Part shown: one piece after another, positions 9,936-18,465 of the stretch | How the letters are laid out: each line of letters opens with the position of its first letter | How positions within the stretch are numbered: position 1 is the first letter of the stretch | Source: Bradymonadales bacterium | GTDB lineage: Bacteria; Bdellovibrionota; UBA2394 | Assembly: GCA_007693605.1 (NCBI GenBank) | Contig: REDG01000042.1 | Coordinates: 1 to 42,804 of the forward strand | Reading direction: 5' to 3' | Length of the DNA stretch: 42,804 nucleotides | Notes under the pieces: generated by a model | Told to the model about the DNA's origin: nothing | What the model saw: the letters and a program-made list of their open reading frames with translations, nothing else | The model's database searches: none | Translations under genes and position numbers: made by a program

Positions 9936-9936
9936 A

Positions 9937-11019
9937 GTGGTGTCAGGAGATCTCAGAAAAAATCTTGCAAAGAGATTCATCGTCGGCGTGAAGGACTTTC
10001 ACTTCTCCGCCGAACTCCAATCTTTGCTCAAAGACTTTCCCATTGCTGGCATCGCTCTTTTCAACTCTCCCCATAGTGATTCAAGGCATCTTTGGTCTGA
10101 TCCTCAGGCAGCCCTCGAGGCGCTTTATGAGTTTGTAAGTCGCATTCGATCTGAGGTTCAGTTTCTTGTGGCCGATCAAGAGGGAGGCCGTGTGCTTCGC
10201 TTGAAGAAGCCGTTTATTGAACTCCCTTCCGCTGCCAAGATCTCTGAAGCCTTTCCCAGTGACTCGAAACACTTCTTGGAGCTTCGCGAGCTGTACCAAG
10301 CTGTCGCCGAACAAATGTCTCTGTGTCAAATTCGATGGAATTTTGCCCCCGTATGTGACCTAAGACAAGAGAGCGGACACTCGGTGATAGGCGATCGAAG
10401 TTACTCCGACAAAGCAGATGAGGTGGTCTCTCAAGCTCGAATCTTCTGCGAGTCTTTTCAAGACCGAAGTGTTCTTACTTGTCTGAAGCACTTCCCTGGC
10501 CACGGTTCTAGCTCGCAAGACTCCCACGAAAAAATCGCAGTCTTGGGCAAATCTGAGGAAGAGATGATCCAAACGGATCAAAAGATCTTTCAAGAGCTCG
10601 CCTCAGTTGCCGGAGCGATTATGCCGGGGCATCTTGCCTTTCCTGAAAAGCCCGATGAGCTTCTTTCTCTCAAGCACGATTTTTTGAAAGCATCGAGAGA
10701 GCTCTTTCCGTCAAAGCTGATCTGGATCACTGACGATCTGATCAGCATGAAGGCGGTGAGCGAGATGCAGCCTTGGCGGCTGTGTCTTCGAGCGGGCTAC
10801 GACTATATTTTGCTCTGTGGCGAAGTCGAGCAAGCTCATTTCGCTCTAGAAGACAGTCTCAAGTTGGCAGAGACTGAGCCCCTCTCCATTCAGGCTTCAA
10901 GCTTTCCCTTTCAAGGCATTGAAAAACTGCCCCGCTTTAGTTCGTGGCGAGAGAAGATTGAGATGCAAACGGAGAAGGCTCATCGACTACTCGAAAAGAG
11001 AGGCCTTGAACTGGGATGA
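9937..11019 (+). CDS. nagZ: Glycoside hydrolase family 3, beta-N-acetylhexosaminidase-like
   Basis: DQEGGRV, FAPVCD, KHFPGHG...DSH, ITDDL; start moved to GTG 9937, just after the upstream stop. Confidence 0.82.
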   Translation: MVSGDLRKNLAKRFIVGVKDFHFSAELQSLLKDFPIAGIALFNSPHSDSRHLWSDPQAALEALYEFVSRIRSEVQFLVADQEGGRVLRLKKPFIELPSAAKISEAFPSDSKHFLELRELYQAVAEQMSLCQIRWNFAPVCDLRQESGHSVIGDRSYSDKADEVVSQARIFCESFQDRSVLTCLKHFPGHGSSSQDSHEKIAVLGKSEEEMIQTDQKIFQELASVAGAIMPGHLAFPEKPDELLSLKHDFLKASRELFPSKLIWITDDLISMKAVSEMQPWRLCLRAGYDYILLCGEVEQAHFALEDSLKLAETEPLSIQASSFPFQGIEKLPRFSSWREKIEMQTEKAHRLLEKRGLELG

Positions 11020-11690
11020 AGATTTTAGTCACCTCAGACTACGACCCCTCGTGGGGCTTTTTTTGGAAAGAGGACCTTCTCACTCGCTTGCGCAGCCTCA
11101 ACTTCAAGCCTGTTTTGAGCTGCCAAGACATTTCAGTCGCACTAGAGCAACTGGCAGAAGTGGTTGGAATTCTGATTCCGGGCGGACTTCAAGACATTCC
11201 ACCTGAGGCCTATGGGGAAAGACCTCATCCAAAATCCTTGATTAACTCTGTCCGCTACGAATTTGAAAAGCCTTTGATCGAGGCCAGCCTGAAGAAAAAC
11301 CTTCCAATACTAGGAATCTGCTGGGGAATGCAGGCTTTAAATGTGGCTCTTGGGGGAAGCCTCCATCAACACCTCCCAGACGAGGAAAAGTTTTTTGTTT
11401 CTCACGAACAAGCTGGGCCGAAGCATCTACCTACTCATAAAGTGTCTTTTCTTAAAAAGGAAAGAGCCGAAAAACTATTTGGTCGCAGTGAAATGAAAGT
11501 AAATTCGACCCACCATCAAGCCGTCAAATCGCTTGGAAAGGGCCTCGAAGTAGAAGCATTGGCTGAAGACTCTCTGATTGAAGCGATTTCTCTTCCGACT
11601 CAAAGCTTTGTCTGGGGTGTTGAGTGGCACCCTGAACGCCTAGACGACGACCCGATCATCCCTGCTTTTGCAAAAGCCTGTCAGCGCTGA
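11016..11690 (+). CDS. Peptidase C26 / gamma-glutamyl-gamma-aminobutyrate hydrolase family (class I glutamine amidotransferase)
   Basis: PGG, GICWGMQALNVALGGSLHQ, VNSTHHQAV, GVEWHPE; ATGA overlap. Confidence 0.9.
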   Translation: MKILVTSDYDPSWGFFWKEDLLTRLRSLNFKPVLSCQDISVALEQLAEVVGILIPGGLQDIPPEAYGERPHPKSLINSVRYEFEKPLIEASLKKNLPILGICWGMQALNVALGGSLHQHLPDEEKFFVSHEQAGPKHLPTHKVSFLKKERAEKLFGRSEMKVNSTHHQAVKSLGKGLEVEALAEDSLIEAISLPTQSFVWGVEWHPERLDDDPIIPAFAKACQR

Positions 11691-11880
11691 TGTCTAAGAA
11701 CACAGCATTCTGCCGTTCAAGTATCTGAAGCTTCGCCTTGAGCTGTTCGTTCTCTGCTTGAAGATCTCGTCGTTGTTTTCTAAGTAGGTGAATGGCGCTT
11801 ACCAGAAAATTTGTGCCCCCAAGTCCCTCTGCTTCATCGGGAATAAAAATCAAGTTCTCTTCAGAAATTCGTGATGACAT
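11656..11880 (-). CDS. Small coiled-coil hypothetical protein
   Basis: 74-aa ORF with strong SD GAGGAG; heptad-like RRDLQAENEQLKAKLQILE. Confidence 0.6.
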   Translation of the reverse strand: MSSRISEENLIFIPDEAEGLGGTNFLVSAIHLLRKQRRDLQAENEQLKAKLQILERQNAVFLDISADRLLQKQG

Positions 11881-12234
11881 AGTTTACTCCTCTTGCCTTC
11901 TGTAACCTGCAAGTTTGTCTCCAGATCAGCTACGCATCAATGGGCCTTTGACTCGCGCATCAAGCCCCAAATCGGTGTCAAAATATCAACGAAGTGTTGA
12001 AAACGAAACGGCTTTCAAGCGCCCTCTCAGCTAAAGACCTCGACAGGTTCCACTACGGAAGCAGCTTTTCCCTGAGTGCCGTTCACAGACTGAGGCAATC
12101 TTAGAAACAGATTCACTATAGGCGGAGCGGAAGTACAATGCGATTCAGTGACCGAGCACCTCTTCGATCGACAGAGAAAATCTCTCTCCATATCGCACCC
12201 CTTCCCCTCCGATCGAACCCAATCCCCTAAAAAC

Positions 12235-12261
12235 AAAATGAGTCCCTTAAAAACTCATTTT
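12235..12261. repeat. Palindrome AAAATGAGT-N9-ACTCATTTT upstream of HNH copy 1
   Basis: Perfect 9-bp arms; core CCCTTAAAA. Confidence 0.85.
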
Positions 12262-12313
12262 CTTGGGGGTTTGGAAACTCAACTTCATTGCCAAAAAATA
12301 TTCTATTTTTTTA

Positions 12314-12513
12314 TTGACGGGTTTTTTTAAGCACTATTCTTAGTCTCGCAAATCAAATCAGAATGCTGGCTTCAATCGCTCTGGCTTTTGTTTTGGAAGC
12401 CCGTTCTTGATCTGGAATAACAAAACTTAGTCCCACAGCAATACAGCTTATAGAGCGAAGATACGGCAGCCAAAAAAGTTCATGTTATGCTCAAGCCCAT
12501 GAAAGATATGAAC
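12314..12513 (+). ncRNA. Conserved, putatively structured leader of HNH copy 1
   Basis: Aligns without gaps to 36569-36768; hand-derived stems are kept through G-U-compatible changes. RNA function is inferred. Confidence 0.45.
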
Positions 12514-13599
12514 TCTCAAAGAAACTCAATTCTTTATCCGACTACTCAAAAGCTGCTCGAGCCTGAGATATCCAATCTTCAGAAACTCGGCTCCGACGAT
12601 CTTCTTTCTTATACGCAAAAACTTGCAGCCTCAGAGAGAAAAATCTATGCCGCCGTGATCGAGGCCCTAGAAGAAATCGAAAGGCGAAAGCTATATCTTG
12701 CTAAGGGCTATTCTTCTCTCTTTCTATTTTGTACAGAAGTCTTAAGGTATTCCGCCGGAGCGGCACAGAGAAGAATCGAGAGTATGCGGCTGATTAAGAA
12801 TTTCCCTATGGCTCAAAAAACAGAAGTTAAAGTGAAGCTTCAAAGGGGAAACCTCTCTCTTTCTCACCTAAGCCGGGTCTCTAAGGCCCTTCGCTCACTT
12901 CCCCCCCAGAGCTGTCATGAAAAAATGAAACTTTTGTCTCAGGTTGAGAACACCACCCAAAGGGAGTGTGAGCGAAAATTGATCGAGGCGGGGGTGCCAG
13001 GGATAAAGAAAAGAGAGGATTTTCGAGCGGTCTCAGAGTCCAGCTATCGACTGTCTGTGACAGTAGATGAGGAGACCAAAGAACTTTTAGAGAAATTCAT
13101 GGGCTTAACCGCTCATCAAAACCCTTGGGCGAGTCGGGAGAAAGCCTTAAAGATTGCCCTGAAGTTAGCTCTTCAAGAAGTGGAGAAGCGGAAGTTTGGA
13201 GTGAGAGGGAAAAAGAAGGGGGCCGAGTCTAGAAATATGATGACTTCCAAAGCGGAAGTCAGAAGGCCTGCTAGAAAGAAGAAAGCCTCTGAAGTTGTTT
13301 CCGCTACGGAAGCTCTTTCTCCCGCGGATAGCAAAGAAGTAGTCGTACAGCCCAAAAGCAACCGAAGCCGGCATATTCCAAGATCTGTTCGAGCAGAGGT
13401 GTGGGAGAGAGATGGGGGGGCTTGTGTTTTTGTGGAGCCAGACTCAGGTAGAGCCTGTGGTTCGAGTTTTGGGCTGGAGTGGGATCATGTATGGGAGTTT
13501 TCTAGAGGAGGAGATTCCAGCGCTTCGAATCTTCGGTTGCTTTGTCGTCGACACAATAACGGGCGACAGCGATGGGAAAGGGAGTCGTCAATAGATTGA
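12487..13599 (+). CDS. HNH endonuclease with DUF222-like helical N-terminal region (copy 1)
   Basis: RHIP..VRAEVWERDGGAC...C...LEWDH...GG.....NLRLLCRRHN; paralogous to 36742-37926. Start could be 12499 or 12508. Confidence 0.88.
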   Translation: MLKPMKDMNSQRNSILYPTTQKLLEPEISNLQKLGSDDLLSYTQKLAASERKIYAAVIEALEEIERRKLYLAKGYSSLFLFCTEVLRYSAGAAQRRIESMRLIKNFPMAQKTEVKVKLQRGNLSLSHLSRVSKALRSLPPQSCHEKMKLLSQVENTTQRECERKLIEAGVPGIKKREDFRAVSESSYRLSVTVDEETKELLEKFMGLTAHQNPWASREKALKIALKLALQEVEKRKFGVRGKKKGAESRNMMTSKAEVRRPARKKKASEVVSATEALSPADSKEVVVQPKSNRSRHIPRSVRAEVWERDGGACVFVEPDSGRACGSSFGLEWDHVWEFSRGGDSSASNLRLLCRRHNNGRQRWERESSID

Positions 13600-13654
13600 C
13601 TGACAATCAAGCGTGTGAGTATTGGAGAGAGGGATGCAGGCTAGCCAGCTCGAT

Positions 13655-14269
13655 CTAGAGCGCAACGGACTTCCAGCGTCGCTTCTCTTGTGGAGTGAGA
13701 GAGAAGAAGGCCTGAAACAAGGATCGCTGATCGTCGAAGCAGCTACTTTCGTTTAAGACCGCCCGACAAAAGGATCGGGCGATTTGATGAGCGTCGTGGT
13801 ATCGAGCCCGTTCTTGTTCATCAACCCAATCACCCAGCCTGATTTGATCAAACAAAAGCTCAAAAATTTCATCTTGAAACTCCTGACCGGACCCCTGTAA
13901 ACAGCTGAGTGCAAAGCTAAACTTGTCGACTTCTGATTGAATCTCAAGGTCAAGCGGACGGATTTGTTGATTCAACCGAGTCTTCTCCACGAAATAGTTG
14001 AAATGGCTCAACTCTTCGACCAGAACGGATAAACTTGGAAAATCCTCAAGTCGAAAATCGGAGGGATAATGTCTTTCACCAAATTCTTCTAACAGCTTTG
14101 CCTGAAGGCAGATCGCCAGATCGGCCACTCCTTCAGTTTGATTTACCAGCAGTGCGTTTTGACTTTCTGTGGCCATCACAAAGTCACGAGAGTCGTAGGG
14201 ATTCTCTTGACCATTCACCGTCTCAATCTGTCGCTGAATGCTTTTCAGAGCTCTAAGCTTGACCTCCAT
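13655..14269 (-). CDS. Conserved-looking hypothetical protein
   Basis: 204-aa ORF, SD GGAGG, motif VLVEELSHF...LEIQSEVDKF; co-oriented with the upstream gene. Confidence 0.75.
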   Translation of the reverse strand: MEVKLRALKSIQRQIETVNGQENPYDSRDFVMATESQNALLVNQTEGVADLAICLQAKLLEEFGERHYPSDFRLEDFPSLSVLVEELSHFNYFVEKTRLNQQIRPLDLEIQSEVDKFSFALSCLQGSGQEFQDEIFELLFDQIRLGDWVDEQERARYHDAHQIARSFCRAVLNESSCFDDQRSLFQAFFSLTPQEKRRWKSVAL

Positions 14270-14296
14270 TTGCCCCTCCTAAAGGATGATTTGCCC

Positions 14297-14887
14297 TCAC
14301 TCTTTCGGAATCATGGGAATGATCCCTTGTTCTTTGAGCTTCTCCCGAGCAAAATCAGACTTAGAGCTAGAGTAGAACTTCAACAGTTCGAGCGCATTGT
14401 ACTCCTGAATTCGCAAGCTCTCAGAAATCACCGCCAAAAGATCGGCCACCACTTGAAAGCCATCGGCCAATTCGATGAAGACATTCTTTGTCTCGCTCAA
14501 ATCACTGAGATGAGAGTAGGCGCTTTCCCCCATTTGAGCGTAATAGCTCTGCTTCATTCCTCGACGATTGAGCGCCTCTCGAAAATACCCGCTCATCATT
14601 AGGGAAGTGTCTCCCAATCGTCTCAGAATGGAAACGCGACGGGCTGAGTCTGCTGCCATGGCTTCAGCCAAGATATCAGCGAGAACTGGAAGTCGACCCG
14701 AGTCTGCCTTAAAAAAATTGTCTACCTGGTGAAAGTGAGTGAGAAGCTTTGCGACATAGTTCAGCGCCATGGGCGAAACAGACTGATCTTGCTTCTCAGC
14801 GGTCCCGACCAGAAGCTCCTCAAAAAAGCCCTGCAGATCTCCCAAAACGATCTGGGAAGATATGTTTTCTCTAGACTCGCTCACCAC
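14297..14887 (-). CDS. Conserved-looking hypothetical protein
   Basis: 196-aa ORF, GTG start after GGAGG with TATAAT further upstream; LRRLGDTSLMMSGYF...YYAQMGESAY. Confidence 0.75.
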   Translation of the reverse strand: MVSESRENISSQIVLGDLQGFFEELLVGTAEKQDQSVSPMALNYVAKLLTHFHQVDNFFKADSGRLPVLADILAEAMAADSARRVSILRRLGDTSLMMSGYFREALNRRGMKQSYYAQMGESAYSHLSDLSETKNVFIELADGFQVVADLLAVISESLRIQEYNALELLKFYSSSKSDFAREKLKEQGIIPMIPKE

Positions 14888-15001
14888 GGCCCTCCAAAAC
14901 CCCTATGATCACACCCACTTATATTATAGCAAAATTTCAGAAAGCTGGGAAATCAAGGCTTTAGGCGAGGTCGCCAACAACATGAGAGATCTATGGGCAA
15001 T

Positions 15002-15080
15002 GGGAGTGTCGCTAAAGGCACATCTGCTTCGGCTGCTGCGTCGCTGCGCTTCTCGCATCTGGACCCTTACCGCCACTCCC
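15002..15080 (-). mobile_element. MITE/REP-like intergenic element, short copy
   Basis: Imperfect ~26-bp terminal inverted repeats GGGAGTG...CACTCCC; homologous to 26762-26885 and 38052-38169. Confidence 0.75.
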
Positions 15081-15116
15081 GAATCCAGAGTTTGGCGACA
15101 GTCCCGCAATGATCCG

Positions 15117-16352
15117 CTACGGCAAAAATCGAACCGGCCAAGAGGTCTTTTCTAAGCTCGCTTTGACTCGCTGCAAATGCTCTAGACCACTGGTCTCTAT
15201 CTCAATATGAGTGACCACTTCTCGAAGGGCCGTTTTGGTAAAGACCCGCTCGTGGTGGACCTGAAGAATGCTGGCCTGCTCCTGCGCGATCACATGCAGC
15301 AGCGCTTCTAAGCTGCCAGGGCTGTCTGGAATTACGACTTCAAATTGAGTCCTTCGACCTTGCTTCGCTAAGCCCCGCTCAATGATTCTCGCCAATAGAT
15401 CCACATCGAGATTCCCCCCACTCAGCAAAATCACAGATGAACCTGAAATCAAGTCTGACCTCTTCATCGCCGCCGCGACAGTCGCCCCCCCACATCCTTC
15501 AACAAACAGGCGCTCATTTTCTAGAATCCACAATAGGGCATCAGAAATCTCTTCGTCAGAAACAATGACCGTCTCGTCAACCAAACTCTGACAGATCGAA
15601 AAACTCTTCTCGCCCATCCGCTTGACCGCCATTCCTTCAGCGATGGTGTTTACTTTGTCCAGCGAGACAGGAGAGCCCTTTTTCAGAGAGGGGATCAACG
15701 ATGAACAACCCTCTGCTTGAACCGCAATCAGTTTGATCTTCGGATTCTTTGCTTTCAAATAACTACCAACCCCAGCCAGCAAACCTCCGCCCCCAACCGG
15801 TAAAAATACAGAAGACACATCCGGACACTGCCGCAAGATCTCGACCCCAATCGTGCCTTGGCCTGCCATGACCGTCCAATCGTCGAAGGCGTGAACATAA
15901 GCTCGACCGCTCTCCTTGGCCAATCGAGTCGCTTCTTCGTAGGCCTCCTGATAAGACTCCCCAAACAAGATGATTTCAGGCCCCCACTGCTTGGTCGCTC
16001 TCATCTTGACGATTGGGGTGCCTATGGGCATCACGATTTTAGCCGAAACCCCCAAGCGGGAGGCATGAAAGGCAAGCCCCTGAGCGTGGTTTCCAGCAGA
16101 GGCCGTAATGACGCCCTTCTCTTTGGCTTCCTTCAAAATTTCAAGAATCTTTGCGAGTGCCCCTCGGGCCTTAAAAGAACCCGTAAACTGCAGGTTCTCT
16201 GCCTTCAAAAATAGCGCCTGTTTACTCTGAACTCTCTTCTCGAGACTTTGCGAGCGAATCAAGGGTGTTTCTCGAAGAGCCTCCCCAAATGATTTGGCCA
16301 ATTCCTCTATATGACTCGCATTTAGCTCTGAGACCGCCTTTGCCATGATCAC
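15117..16352 (-). CDS. ilvA: Threonine ammonia-lyase with C-terminal ACT domain
   Basis: LKAENLQFTGSFKARGA (PLP lysine), SAGNHAQG, PVGGGGL, LSGGN, C-terminal PDSPGSL. Confidence 0.95.
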   Translation of the reverse strand: MIMAKAVSELNASHIEELAKSFGEALRETPLIRSQSLEKRVQSKQALFLKAENLQFTGSFKARGALAKILEILKEAKEKGVITASAGNHAQGLAFHASRLGVSAKIVMPIGTPIVKMRATKQWGPEIILFGESYQEAYEEATRLAKESGRAYVHAFDDWTVMAGQGTIGVEILRQCPDVSSVFLPVGGGGLLAGVGSYLKAKNPKIKLIAVQAEGCSSLIPSLKKGSPVSLDKVNTIAEGMAVKRMGEKSFSICQSLVDETVIVSDEEISDALLWILENERLFVEGCGGATVAAAMKRSDLISGSSVILLSGGNLDVDLLARIIERGLAKQGRRTQFEVVIPDSPGSLEALLHVIAQEQASILQVHHERVFTKTALREVVTHIEIETSGLEHLQRVKASLEKTSWPVRFLP

Positions 16353-16428
16353 TCCTTTGCGACGCTCCCCGTTAAATCACAGTTCGATATCTCTGTTAAG
16401 TCTTCTTCGAGATTTGATACAATGACCT

Positions 16429-18465
16429 ATGGCAAAAGTGGTCGGAATTGATTTCGGAACGAGTAACTCCGCGGTCTCGTGTGTCGTCGACGGAGAAACC
16501 CACATCCTCCCTGACGAGAACGGCAATCGGCTGACCCCCTCGGTCGTTTCCTTTGGCAAAGACCAAAGGATTTTGATTGGGCAGGCGGCGAAGGAACAAG
16601 CCTTTAAGAACCCCAAAAGAACCATTCACTCGATCAAACGACTGATTGGAAGAAAGTTTTACTCCTTAGAAATTGAAAAGGCGAAGGCCCTGCTTCCGTT
16701 CGATCTAGTCGAAGTCGACGGAAAGAATGTCGGCGTTCAAGTCGACAATTCGGTCTACTCACCTCAGGAGATTGCGGCGCTGATTCTGAAAAAGATGAAG
16801 ACGATCGCCGACTCCGCCCTGGGAGAAGATATCGTGAAAGCGGTTGTCACGGTCCCAGCCTATTTTAATGACAACCAAAGACAGACCACGAAAGAGGCCT
16901 GTGAGCTTGCCGGCCTTGATCCAATCAGAATGATCAACGAGCCCACAGCGGCAGCTCTTGCCTACGGCTTTGGTAAGTCCTTGAACCAAAACATTGTGAT
17001 TTACGATCTTGGGGGCGGCACTTTTGACCTATCGATCTTGAGACTGAGGGGAGATGTCTTCGAGGTGGTTGGAACAGCTGGAGACACCTTTCTGGGAGGA
17101 GATGACTTTGATGATCGACTGATTGATCTCATTGCCTCTAAATTCTTGAAGACTCACGGGGTCGATCTTCGAAGCATTCCGGCGGCCCTTCCGATCTTGC
17201 GATTGCAGGCAGAGAAGACCAAGAAAAGACTTAGCTATTCTCAAAGGACGGATTTGTTTATCTCGAAGATCATCCAAAAGGATGATGAGTCCATTGATCT
17301 TCATATGACTCTTTCACAAGACCAACTGAAAGATTCTTGTCAGGACTTGATTCAGCGAACCTTTAGTGTTTGTGACGAAGCCCTCTCAGCCGCGCGACTT
17401 AAGGCATCAGAGATTGATGAAGTCATTCTTGTGGGTGGCCCCACAAAAATGCCCGTGATCGTGGACGCGGTGCAGAGTTACTTTGGAAGACAACCCCTGA
17501 ACGATCTGAATCCCGATGAGGTGGTCTCAATGGGGGCAGCCATACAAGCGCACAGCTTGAGCTCGGATTCAGCCGAGAAGCGCTCATTGCTCTTGGATGT
17601 GACACCGCTCGATTTAGGAGTCGCAACTGTCGGTGGCTACACCGAAACACTCATCAGCAAGAACTCCCCCATTCCGGCCGAGGCGAAACAGGTTTTCACC
17701 ACAACCTCAGACGGGCAGAAGTCTGTCGACATTCGGATCTTTCAAGGGAAGGGTCGTCGAGTTGAAAGCTCAACACCCCTGGGAGAATTTTCTTTGAGCG
17801 GTTTTGAGCCCGGCAAGGCAGGTTCGGTAGAGATTGAAGTCCGGTTCTCGATCAATACCGACGGGATCATGTCCGTCTCTGCGATTGAAAAGAAAACGGG
17901 GGTATCTCAAAACATTTCAGTGAAGATGGGAAGTCTTTTAGCAGAGCAGGAGCGACAAGCCAAGACAACGAAGGCGAAGTTAAACGAAGTTCAAATCAAA
18001 GACGAGTGGTCTGAATTTGAGAAGGTCTTGATTCAACTCCCTTCTCGTTCAGGCCTTGGGTCAACTTACAAAGAAGGTTTCATGAAAAAGTTTGATCCAG
18101 AGTCAAAGTCTCTGGAGATTTTTTCTGAGGACAAGAGTGGTCAATCCATTGAGATTGACCCTAGCGTCGTCGGCTGGATCGCATTGATTGATGATTTTTC
18201 TAACATCCCACGCTATATTCGAAGCTTGTATAAAAAACCAAAGCCTGGTGCGAAGGCAGGAAAGTTTCAGCTTTATGAATTTCGCATGAAGAATAGAGAG
18301 TGCTTTTACGCAGAAGCTGATCTACCGAAGTTGAGAGAGAAGGGTTTCTGGGTCACCGCCCACTCACCCTTAGACCCCTTGAAGGGCCGAATTTTTGTGT
18401 ACTCTGACAAGCTAGAGTCTGCCAATCCTCTAAATCAGACGGAAAAGGGAGTGGCGAGTGCATAG
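16429..18465 (+). CDS. Hsp70 (DnaK-family) paralogue with atypical C-terminal domain
   Basis: [45 protein letters not shown]; the last ~150 aa do not resemble the DnaK helical lid. Confidence 0.92.
   Translation: MAKVVGIDFGTSNSAVSCVVDGETHILPDENGNRLTPSVVSFGKDQRILIGQAAKEQAFKNPKRTIHSIKRLIGRKFYSLEIEKAKALLPFDLVEVDGKNVGVQVDNSVYSPQEIAALILKKMKTIADSALGEDIVKAVVTVPAYFNDNQRQTTKEACELAGLDPIRMINEPTAAALAYGFGKSLNQNIVIYDLGGGTFDLSILRLRGDVFEVVGTAGDTFLGGDDFDDRLIDLIASKFLKTHGVDLRSIPAALPILRLQAEKTKKRLSYSQRTDLFISKIIQKDDESIDLHMTLSQDQLKDSCQDLIQRTFSVCDEALSAARLKASEIDEVILVGGPTKMPVIVDAVQSYFGRQPLNDLNPDEVVSMGAAIQAHSLSSDSAEKRSLLLDVTPLDLGVATVGGYTETLISKNSPIPAEAKQVFTTTSDGQKSVDIRIFQGKGRRVESSTPLGEFSLSGFEPGKAGSVEIEVRFSINTDGIMSVSAIEKKTGVSQNISVKMGSLLAEQERQAKTTKAKLNEVQIKDEWSEFEKVLIQLPSRSGLGSTYKEGFMKKFDPESKSLEIFSEDKSGQSIEIDPSVVGWIALIDDFSNIPRYIRSLYKKPKPGAKAGKFQLYEFRMKNRECFYAEADLPKLREKGFWVTAHSPLDPLKGRIFVYSDKLESANPLNQTEKGVASA

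Noticed and set aside
9520..9936. 139-codon N-terminal extension of the GH3 ORF
   Set aside because: It overlaps the TPR end of 8001-9935 in another frame; GH3 similarity begins only after 9937.
12314..12346. Canonical sigma70 promoter at the start of the HNH leader
   Set aside because: TTGACG is conserved in both copies, but the -10 candidates lie 15 or 21 bp away, so it was not called as a feature.
12487..13599. HNH proteins as IscB, Cas9 or group II intron-encoded proteins
   Set aside because: No split RuvC motifs, PLMP start or reverse transcriptase motifs; the HNH domain is at the extreme C-terminus.
14924..15155. Short ORFs over the MITE-like copies (14862-15155, 14924-15109, 38002-38223)
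   Set aside because: Their mutual peptide similarity is explained by the DNA repeat; no independent coding evidence.
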